The notes beneath the pieces are model-generated. The model saw nothing but the letters and a program-made list of their open reading frames with translations. It searched no databases and was not told the DNA's origin. From IMG/VR virus record IMGVR_UViG_2690316231_000015: a stretch of DNA of 8,145 bases; one strand, given 5' to 3'. Source of the DNA: a virus. Its lineage: Duplodnaviria; Heunggongvirae; Uroviricota; Caudoviricetes. Position numbers and translations under genes: made by a program. The first letter of the stretch is position 1; every line of letters starts with the position of its first letter. This document shows, piece by piece, positions 1 to 5,779 of this stretch.

Positions 1-46
1 TGTCCGTCTATATCAGATGGGCGTCTAAGTTACCAATTCTCGTCTG

Positions 47-1051
47 ATGGCTACATACGGCGGTCAGTTTACGCTTACTGAAGTGGTATATGGTGCATAT
101 AAAGGTAAAGAATCCCAGCAGATTTATTTTGTTCCCTTTATGACCGATGGTAGCGGAGTTAATACACCGACAAACAACCCGTCAGAAGATCCTGATATTG
201 CCGGGTCTGGTTATTACGGTTCGGCATCCCGAACGAACAAAAACTGGGTATCATCAAATCGCCCGACGCATTTCAGCTCATGGGCGCGTCGTGGCATTAT
301 TCCCGATCGTATGGCAACTGCTATTCTGAACGTAGCCGGTCGCACCTTAGCCTTCATTAGTGGTAAGGCACCGGAAATCAAACCCTCGCCCGGCGGCGAC
401 ACTCCATCGGGGCCGTCTGATGGTGACACATCCGTTCGTACAGTCTCCCTGCTGCCGACAGCCGGAGAGGCTGCTGCGCAGGGCTGGACCATCACCGGCG
501 GCAGTGTTGCGCTGGAAGATGGTGTGTTTAAGGTTACCAAGCAGAGCAATAAAACTTGGTCCCTGATGCATCCGGTGGATGACGCAGTCTCCCTGCTGAC
601 ACGGGGTGGCAGACTGAGCTGTAAGTTTCGACTGTCAGGCGCACTGACCAACAACCAGTTCGGTCTGGGAATTTATCTGTATACCGATGTAGCGTTACCT
701 GACGTCGTGGCGATGACCGGGACTGGTAACCCGTTCCTGATGTCGTTCTTCACCCAGACCACAGACGGCAAACTGAATCTGATGCATCACAGGAAAGCAG
801 GAAACACAAAGTTGGGCGAGTTCGGGAATTACAGTAACGACTGGCAGACGCTGGAGCTGGTGTTCACCGCCGGCAGTGCCACGGTTACTCCGAAACTGAA
901 TGGAGTGGCTGGCCCGGCATTCCAGGTTATAAAAGACAGTCTGACACTGGGACTGAATGCGCTGACGCTGACGGATATTACCAAAAATGCAGCGTATGGC
1001 GTTGAGATAGAAAGTCTGGTGCTGGAGATAAATGCACCAGCATCATCATAA
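47..1051 (+). CDS. NanS-p-like protein, C-terminal portion (end of a sialate O-acetylesterase-type domain plus a ~280-aa C-terminal domain); probably a 5'-truncated or disrupted gene
   Basis: 334-aa ORF. Residues ~10-95 (EVVYGAY...NNPSEDPDIAGSGYYGSASRTNKNWVSS...HFSSWARRGIIPDRMATAIL) resemble, from memory, the C-terminal end of E. coli NanS/YjhS-type 9-O-acetyl-sialate esterases. Position immediately upstream of the holin matches where nanS-p paralogs sit in lambdoid/Stx prophages. An in-frame TAA at 26-28 precedes the ATG at 47, so the esterase body is not in this frame upstream. Confidence 0.5.
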   Translation: MATYGGQFTLTEVVYGAYKGKESQQIYFVPFMTDGSGVNTPTNNPSEDPDIAGSGYYGSASRTNKNWVSSNRPTHFSSWARRGIIPDRMATAILNVAGRTLAFISGKAPEIKPSPGGDTPSGPSDGDTSVRTVSLLPTAGEAAAQGWTITGGSVALEDGVFKVTKQSNKTWSLMHPVDDAVSLLTRGGRLSCKFRLSGALTNNQFGLGIYLYTDVALPDVVAMTGTGNPFLMSFFTQTTDGKLNLMHHRKAGNTKLGEFGNYSNDWQTLELVFTAGSATVTPKLNGVAGPAFQVIKDSLTLGLNALTLTDITKNAAYGVEIESLVLEINAPASS

Positions 1052-1136
1052 AAAGTGAGCCAGTCAAATGGAAGGTATCGTTAAACTCACCGGTAGTGTC
1101 AGTGGGTCGTCTGAGATGCCTGCATGAGTTATCAGA

Positions 1137-1166
1137 GCCATCAGTACTTAACTGGTGGCTTTTTTT
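1137..1166 (+). terminator. Rho-independent terminator candidate between the NanS-like gene and the holin
   Basis: Hairpin GCCAUCAG (1137-1144) / loop UACUUAA / CUGGUGGC (1152-1159): 8 bp with one G-U wobble, followed by a 7-T run (1160-1166). Confidence 0.5.
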
Positions 1167-1201
1167 ATTGTTGTCAGCTTCCGGATAACGGGAGACGGGG
1201 T

Positions 1202-1417
1202 ATGTACCAGATGGAAAAAATCACAACAGGTGTGTCATACACCACGTCAGCGGTGGGAACGGGCTACTGGTTCCTGCAGTTGCTGGACAGGGTTTCCCCG
1301 TCTCAGTGGGCGGCAATAGGCGTGCTGGGGAGTCTGCTGTTTGGGCTGCTGACATATCTGACTAACCTGTATTTCAAAATCAGAGAGGACCGTCGTAAGG
1401 CTGCACGGGGAGAGTAA
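1202..1417 (+). CDS. Class II holin (phage 21 S21 / EssD-EssQ-like pinholin), 71 aa, with dual-start motif
   Basis: Translation [71 protein letters not shown]: two TMDs (first weakly hydrophobic and Gly/Ala/Thr-rich, SAR-like) and a charged C-terminus. Two in-frame ATGs at 1202 and 1211 (M-Y-Q-M). GGAG-type RBS at ~1189-1196. The ORF-track start at 1124 is an unlikely N-terminal extension that crosses the terminator. Confidence 0.85.
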   Translation: MYQMEKITTGVSYTTSAVGTGYWFLQLLDRVSPSQWAAIGVLGSLLFGLLTYLTNLYFKIREDRRKAARGE

Positions 1418-1421
1418 TTCA

Positions 1422-1736
1422 ATGACTCAAAACTATGAACTGATTGTGAAAGGGATCCGCAATTTTGAGAATAAAGTTACGGTAACTTTAGCGTTACGGG
1501 ACAAAAAACGCTTTGACGGTGAAATTTTTGACCTGGACATCTCGCTGGACCGTGTTGAAGGTGCCGCGCTGGAGTTTTATGAGGCAGCAGCCAGAAGGAG
1601 CATCAGACAGGTCTTCATGGATGTTGCTGCCGGGTTATGTGAAGGGGACGAGCTGTTGCCAGAAACGCGCCCCTGTTCAGAGGCGCGGTATACCATAAAA
1701 ATTAACAGTTCTGATAACTCGATTACGGGTTGTTAG
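1422..1736 (+). CDS. Small acidic hypothetical protein inside the lysis cassette (position and size match YdfR/DUF1327-type ORFs of Qin-like prophages)
   Basis: 104-aa ORF starting 4 nt after the holin stop, with GGGGAGAG RBS at 1407-1414. No TMD or signal peptide. Same orientation and tight packing imply co-transcription with holin and endolysin. Family assignment is from recalled gene order (essQ-ydfR-rrrQ), not sequence comparison. Confidence 0.55.
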   Translation: MTQNYELIVKGIRNFENKVTVTLALRDKKRFDGEIFDLDISLDRVEGAALEFYEAAARRSIRQVFMDVAAGLCEGDELLPETRPCSEARYTIKINSSDNSITGC

Positions 1737-1791
1737 CTTTTTGCAGTTGGCTTTCCAGTATCTTTCATTGGTAGCATCCTGATAAATATCC

Positions 1792-2325
1792 ATGAGCGCA
1801 AAAATCAAATACGGCCTGTCAGCTGCTGTTCTGGCGCTGATTGCTGCAGGCGCGTCTGCTCCTCAAATACTTGACCAGTTTCTGGATGAAAAAGAGGGTA
1901 ACCACACTACGGCATACCGCGATGGTTCCGGTATATGGACCATCTGTCGTGGTGCCACAATGGTGGATGGTAAGCCCGTCATACCGGGAATGAAGCTGTC
2001 GAAGGAAAAATGCGACCAGGTTAACGCTATTGAACGTGATAAGGCGCTGGCATGGGTGGAGCGCAATATTAAAGTACCACTGACCGAACCACAGAAAGCG
2101 GGTATAGCGTCATTCTGTCCCTATAACATTGGCCCCGGTAAGTGTTTCCCGTCGACGTTTTATAAGCGGCTGAATGCCGGTGATCGTAAGGGCGCATGCG
2201 AGGCGATTCGCTGGTGGATAAAAGATGGTGGGCGCGATTGCCGCATACGTTCAAATAACTGCTATGGACAGGTTATTCGTCGTGACCAGGAAAGCGCATT
2301 AGCCTGTTGGGGGATAGATCAGTGA
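1792..2325 (+). CDS. SAR endolysin (GH24 T4-type lysozyme, R21/RrrD-RrrQ-like)
   Basis: 177 aa. N-terminal Gly/Ala-rich signal-anchor-release segment ([18 protein letters not shown]). Catalytic E-x8-D-x5-T triad in [17 protein letters not shown]-terminal region aligns with the phage 21 lysozyme pattern ([27 protein letters not shown]). Stop TGA at 2323-2325 overlaps the Rz start. Confidence 0.9.
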   Translation: MSAKIKYGLSAAVLALIAAGASAPQILDQFLDEKEGNHTTAYRDGSGIWTICRGATMVDGKPVIPGMKLSKEKCDQVNAIERDKALAWVERNIKVPLTEPQKAGIASFCPYNIGPGKCFPSTFYKRLNAGDRKGACEAIRWWIKDGGRDCRIRSNNCYGQVIRRDQESALACWGIDQ

Positions 2326-2780
2326 GCAGAGTCGCAGCGATTATTTATACTCTGGTTATCTGCACCATCGTCTGCCTGTCATGGGCTGTTAATCATTACC
2401 GCGATAACGCCATTACCTACAAAGCCCAGCGCGACAAAAATGCCAGAGAACTGAAGCTGGCGAACGTGGTAATTACTGACATGCAGATGCGTCAGCGTGA
2501 TGTAGCAGATCTCGACGCCAGATACACAAAGGAGCTTGCTGATGCTAACGCGACTATCGAAAGTCTTCGTGCTGATGTTTCTGCTGGGCGTAAGCGCCTG
2601 CAAGTCGCCGCCACCTGTGCAAAGTCAACGACCGGAGCCAGCAGCATGGGCGATGGAGAAAGCCCAAGACTTACAGCAGATGCTGAACTCAATTATTACC
2701 GTCTCCGAAGTGGAATCGACAAGATAACCGCTCAGGTCAACTACCTGCAGGAGTACATCAGGACGCAGTGCTTAAAATAA
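2322..2780 (+). CDS. Rz: i-spanin Rz (inner-membrane spanin subunit)
   Basis: Translation from GTG at 2322 ([75 protein letters not shown]...) is near-identical in pattern to lambda Rz: N-terminal TMD plus coiled-coil periplasmic domain. GTG overlaps the endolysin stop (GTGA). The ORF-track start at 2307 is a TTG 15 nt upstream. Confidence 0.85.
   Translation: MSRVAAIIYTLVICTIVCLSWAVNHYRDNAITYKAQRDKNARELKLANVVITDMQMRQRDVADLDARYTKELADANATIESLRADVSAGRKRLQVAATCAKSTTGASSMGDGESPRLTADAELNYYRLRSGIDKITAQVNYLQEYIRTQCLK
2542..2727 (+). CDS. Rz1: o-spanin Rz1 (outer-membrane lipoprotein), embedded in the +1 frame of Rz
   Basis: [36 protein letters not shown]...: signal peptide with lipobox V-S-A-C, Pro-rich mature peptide of ~42 aa. 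AAAGGAG RBS at 2528-2534. Entirely nested within Rz, as in lambda. Confidence 0.75.
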   Translation: MLTRLSKVFVLMFLLGVSACKSPPPVQSQRPEPAAWAMEKAQDLQQMLNSIITVSEVESTR

Positions 2781-2817
2781 TTTTAATTTCACTGAAATTT
2801 AATACGTGACTTTCAGG

Positions 2818-2847
2818 AAAATGCCTCGCAGATGCGGGGCATTTTTG
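2818..2847 (+). terminator. Rho-independent terminator after Rz (possibly bidirectional)
   Basis: Hairpin AUGCCUCGC (2821-2829) / loop AGAU / GCGGGGCAU (2834-2842): 9 bp with one G-U wobble, followed by UUUU (2843-2846). An A-tract (2818-2820) upstream gives a short U-tract on the other strand. Confidence 0.55.
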
Positions 2848-3139
2848 TACAGGTATTTCACCGCGCACCGCAGCGCACTCAACCACGTCGAACCAAACCC
2901 TTTGGAATGAGCCTTTGAGTAGTCAGTTAGTGCTGGTGAGCCTTGACGGGCTGATCTCCTATGCAGCAAAGGTTCATCTCAAAGTAAGACGAACGCTATG
3001 ACAAACCAAGATTCTATAGACCTATCTGATCTTCGTGGAATGGTCAGTTTTCCAGACAAAAGGTAATCACCATAGTCGTATGGCTATGAATCTTGTTGCT
3101 GCAGATAAGCATTTTGTGATTGAAGTGGTCAAATCTCTC

Positions 3140-3168
3140 AAATGCAGTAAAATGCAGTGCGCTATAAT
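3140..3168 (+). promoter_or_regulatory. Candidate sigma70 promoter for the 206-aa gene (consensus -10, weak -35)
   Basis: Perfect TATAAT at 3163-3168, 28 nt upstream of the ATG at 3197. No good TTGACA match at 16-18 bp spacing. Tandem AATGCAGT direct repeat at 3141-3158 just upstream. Confidence 0.3.
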
Positions 3169-3196
3169 TCAATAACGGAGGGAGTAAGGAGAAGTC

Positions 3197-3817
3197 ATGA
3201 AAGATCAAGATGTTAGGTTCGCGGTGCATCATAAGCTTTTGAAAGAATCGCATTTAGATCCAGACTGCCTTGTGGTCGATGAATTTTCCATATCCCTTGG
3301 CGCCAGTAGAGCAGACATTGCTGTAATAAATGGTGTTATACACGGGTACGAGCTCAAAAGTGAATATGACTCTTTGGAGCGTTTGCCTCTTCAAATCAAG
3401 CATTATTCTTCTGTAATGGACAAGGTTACTCTTGTCGTAGCTGAGAAACACCTTGAGGGAGCATTAAAGTTAATCCCAGGTTGGTGGGGCGTTAAAACGG
3501 TTTCTGTTGGGCCAAAAGGCGCCATTCTTATAAAGCACATGCGTGGAGAAAAGCTTAATCGAAACCATGACACATTGATGCTCGCTCAATTGCTTTGGAA
3601 AGATGAATGTATCGACGTACTTGAACGATGGGGCTATTCCAAAGGAATCAAAAGCAAGCCCCGATTTGAGTTATGGAATATTATTGCGGAAAATATTCCA
3701 ATAGCGAATCTCAGGCCTGAAGTCAGAACAGCCTTAAAGAAACGCGTAGGCTGGAAAGTTAAGGCTTGGCAGGCTGAGTCTGCGCCAACCAATAAAGCTG
3801 TCTCACGACTAACGTAA
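3197..3817 (+). CDS. Hypothetical protein with N-terminal PD-(D/E)xK nuclease-like motif (putative restriction-endonuclease-fold protein)
   Basis: 206-aa ORF with strong RBS (AAGGAG at 3186-3191, 5-nt spacer). Motif E29...D40...E52-L-K54 (VVDEF / RADIAVING / GYELK) in an alpha-beta-beta-beta arrangement typical of PD-(D/E)xK enzymes. Hand-counted GC ~43% in 3301-3400, lower than flanking phage genes. Confidence 0.7.
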   Translation: MKDQDVRFAVHHKLLKESHLDPDCLVVDEFSISLGASRADIAVINGVIHGYELKSEYDSLERLPLQIKHYSSVMDKVTLVVAEKHLEGALKLIPGWWGVKTVSVGPKGAILIKHMRGEKLNRNHDTLMLAQLLWKDECIDVLERWGYSKGIKSKPRFELWNIIAENIPIANLRPEVRTALKKRVGWKVKAWQAESAPTNKAVSRLT

Positions 3818-4826
3818 TATGGTGCGTATGTGCAACTTTACGCCATTCTTTAGAGCCGCCAGATTTGTTAGCGCCTAATGATCTTTGGTAAATGTAATCA
3901 TCCCCCCAACTAAATTTGGAGCCAAAGACTTGATACTCTGGCGAACTAACAAGGGTAGTACATAAGTTTTTAGTTTGGCCCCATCCATTTCCTTTAACTG
4001 CGGTACCTTTTACAAAGATCCATGAGGTATCGTTCGAATATCTCACTGAGACATACTGAGACATGAAGCGTGGGTCTACGCTCGTAATGGTAGAGCTAGC
4101 GGTGGGATAATCACTAAAACTTGGCGTTCTTCCATTGCTAAAATTCTGTACTACGTACATCCAAAGATCGTATTCATGGCGCGGAATATGATGAACTTGA
4201 TGTTGCGGTATCCCTGCCTGTGATGCCGGGTATGCGGTTGAAGATAAAATCAAGTTTCTCCACGGAGCTTGGCCTGATAATGTGTTGACCATGCTTAATG
4301 CTTGTTGTTTTAAACTATCAGTTGCGTTTTGAATATCTCCAAAATCAATGATTACATCAATTAAACTAGGATGAATATTTAAGTGGTTAACCAGACTTGT
4401 GAATTGGTGCCATGTCTGGGGGGTGATAGACATAGCGAGCCCATTGATTAAGTTGCGTTGAACAGCATGTATATAGTTTGTTGAATATGCGGGAGAAACA
4501 ACAGGGATAATTTCCTTACCATTTACTCTAGCATCTTGGATACACATATCTAGAGGATGATGGCGGCTCGAACCATGTTTATCTAAATATTTAACATCCA
4601 GCAAAACAGGACGATTGGCTTTCCAGGATGCCGCAAGGTTAATACCGAAGTCAGATAAGTAAGAACTCAAACTCTTCTTGTAGCATTCGTTTTCATAATC
4701 CCAGTCTATGTCTGGAATGGTAATGATCGGAGTAAAACCAGAGAGCGTAGTTTGATCTAAAAGCATCAGAGATTCATATTCAGCAGGCTTCCATTTCAGC
4801 TGTGGATAATATTGATGTTGACTCAT
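3759..4826 (-). CDS. Hypothetical protein, 355 aa, no recognisable motif; convergent partner of the 206-aa gene
   Basis: Long minus-strand ORF with strong RBS (AAGGAG, plus-strand complement CTCCTT at 4832-4837, 5-nt spacer to the ATG at 4826). Hydrophilic, rich in S/T/N/Q/W/Y/H, no TMD, no Walker motif. AT-rich (hand-counted GC 29% in 4301-4400, 48% in 4201-4300). Its 3' end overlaps the 206-aa gene by 59 bp. Confidence 0.7.
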   Translation of the reverse strand: MSQHQYYPQLKWKPAEYESLMLLDQTTLSGFTPIITIPDIDWDYENECYKKSLSSYLSDFGINLAASWKANRPVLLDVKYLDKHGSSRHHPLDMCIQDARVNGKEIIPVVSPAYSTNYIHAVQRNLINGLAMSITPQTWHQFTSLVNHLNIHPSLIDVIIDFGDIQNATDSLKQQALSMVNTLSGQAPWRNLILSSTAYPASQAGIPQHQVHHIPRHEYDLWMYVVQNFSNGRTPSFSDYPTASSTITSVDPRFMSQYVSVRYSNDTSWIFVKGTAVKGNGWGQTKNLCTTLVSSPEYQVFGSKFSWGDDYIYQRSLGANKSGGSKEWRKVAHTHHITLVVRQLYWLAQTQPAKP

Positions 4827-4868
4827 TAAAACTCCTTAAAATCTTTACTTATCCTAAGTATAGTGTTA

Positions 4869-4893
4869 TGGCGTAACGCCAATTGTTTTTATA
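4869..4893 (-). promoter_or_regulatory. Candidate promoter -10 plus palindromic operator-like site upstream of the 355-aa gene
   Basis: Minus-strand TATAAA (plus coordinates 4888-4893) about 60 nt upstream of the start. 13-bp palindrome TGGCGTAACGCCA (4869-4881) lies between the -10 and the RBS, where an operator would sit. No convincing -35. Confidence 0.25.
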
Positions 4894-5049
4894 CACTTGA
4901 AAACATTGGGAAAAGTTGAGCTATATCTAAATTTACAAAATTGGATGTTATAGAAATCGAGGTTTCAACTAGGCATGGAACTGCAAAATTTTTAATGCCT
5001 GCACGCGAAAGTCGTTGGCGGGTCCTTTCCGGTGATCCAGATCGTTACG

Positions 5050-5061
5050 GGGCGGCGACCT
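5050..5061 (+). other. cos: Lambda-type cos site: cosN cohesive-end sequence GGGCGGCGACCT, with flanking cosQ-like and cosB-like sequence (~5010-5130)
   Basis: 5050-5090 (GGGCGGCGACCTCGCGGGTTTTCGCTATTTATGAAAATTTT) is identical to the left end of the lambda genome as I recall it. Upstream GGGTCCTTTCCGGTGATCC...GTTACG resembles the lambda right end. Downstream CCGTTCTTCTTC (5107-5118) resembles a cosB R-site. Sits ~170 bp upstream of the Nu1-like gene. Confidence 0.85.
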
Positions 5062-5230
5062 CGCGGGTTTTCGCTATTTATGAAAATTTTTAGGGAAAAA
5101 TCAGATCCGTTCTTCTTCTTTTTAACTGATTGATTATCAATAGAATTTTAAAAATATAAAAGGATCTGACAAAGGCTGTTTTTGTTAGAAAACGCCATTT
5201 TCAGATCCTTTCTGGTTCCCGGGGGAGTGT

Positions 5231-5779
5231 ATGAACGTCAATAAGAAAAAACTGGCCGATATTTTTGGCGTTGATGTCAGGACCATCACCGCCTGGCAGA
5301 GTCAGGGGTTACCACTAGTTTCTGGTGGAGGGAAAGGGACTGAATCAGTTTTTGATACAACTGCTGCCATTCAGTGGTATGCGCAGAGGGAAGCTGATAT
5401 TGAAAACGAAAAACTCCGTAAAGAGATCGAGGATTTGAGGGCTGCCAGCGAATCAGACCTTCAGCCCGGCACCATTGATTACGAACGTTACCGACTGACG
5501 AAGGCACAGGCCGATGCACAGGAGCTGAAAAATGCTCGTGAGGAAGGCCTTGTCCTCGAGACGGAGTTATTTACCTACATCTTTCAGCGAGTGGCACAGA
5601 ATATATCAGGGATCCTTGTCCGTGTCCCTCAGACACTGCAGCGTAAATACCCTGATATATCACCCGTACATCTTGATGCTGTGAAAACTGAAATCGCGAA
5701 AGCATCCGATGTGGCTTCTGAAGCCGGTGAGAATGTGCGCAGGTGGATTGATGATTTCAGACGAACTGAGGGCGGCTAA
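5231..5779 (+). CDS. Nu1: Terminase small subunit (lambda Nu1-like; NohA/NohD-type)
   Basis: 182 aa. [103 protein letters not shown] parallels lambda Nu1 (N-terminal winged HTH). GGGGGAG RBS upstream of the ATG at 5231. Confidence 0.9.
   Translation: MNVNKKKLADIFGVDVRTITAWQSQGLPLVSGGGKGTESVFDTTAAIQWYAQREADIENEKLRKEIEDLRAASESDLQPGTIDYERYRLTKAQADAQELKNAREEGLVLETELFTYIFQRVAQNISGILVRVPQTLQRKYPDISPVHLDAVKTEIAKASDVASEAGENVRRWIDDFRRTEGG

Noticed and set aside
214-654. Minus- and plus-strand ORFs nested in the NanS-like gene (214-654 -, 347-571 -, 147-329 +, 360-566 +)
   Set aside because: Fully embedded in a longer ORF with recognisable protein similarity. Products are Pro/Arg/Ser-rich, typical of antisense or off-frame reading in GC-rich coding DNA.
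1124-1201. N-terminal extension of the holin ORF (ORF-track start at 1124, [12 protein letters not shown]...)
   Set aside because: The extension crosses the terminator hairpin and has no RBS. The recognisable holin begins at the M-Y-Q-M motif at 1202, which has a GGAG-type RBS.
2307-2321. ORF-track start of Rz at 2307 (TTG, MGDRS...)
   Set aside because: The lambda Rz-like sequence begins at the GTG at 2322, which overlaps the endolysin stop; the 5 extra codons are unlikely.
1513-2692. Small ORFs nested in the lysis cassette (1513-1698 +, 1863-2066 -, 2069-2254 -, 2379-2603 -, 2492-2692 -)
   Set aside because: Embedded in or antisense to the YdfR-like ORF, endolysin or Rz, with no RBS. Only the +1-frame Rz1 ORF (2542-2727) is retained because it has a lipobox signal peptide and an RBS.
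3080-3175. 31-codon + strand ORF (MAMNLVAADKHFVIEVVKSLKCSKMQCAIIQ) just upstream of the 206-aa gene
   Set aside because: No convincing RBS and it overlaps the candidate promoter. A leader peptide cannot be excluded but there is no supporting evidence.
3044-3451. Minus-strand ORFs 3044-3253 and 3254-3451
   Set aside because: Antisense to the 206-aa gene and its promoter region, no RBS, low-complexity products. The 3044-3253 product does not resemble Bor, the lambda gene at the equivalent position.
5131-5150. Possible IHF site (TATCAATAGAATTTTA) in cosB
   Set aside because: Imperfect match to WATCAANNNNTTR (the TTR part does not fit), so not called as a feature.
5709-5750. Upstream start for the terminase large subunit ([14 protein letters not shown]...)
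   Set aside because: Homology to lambda gpA begins at the ATG at 5751, which has an AGGTGG RBS. The extension lies inside the Nu1 coding region.
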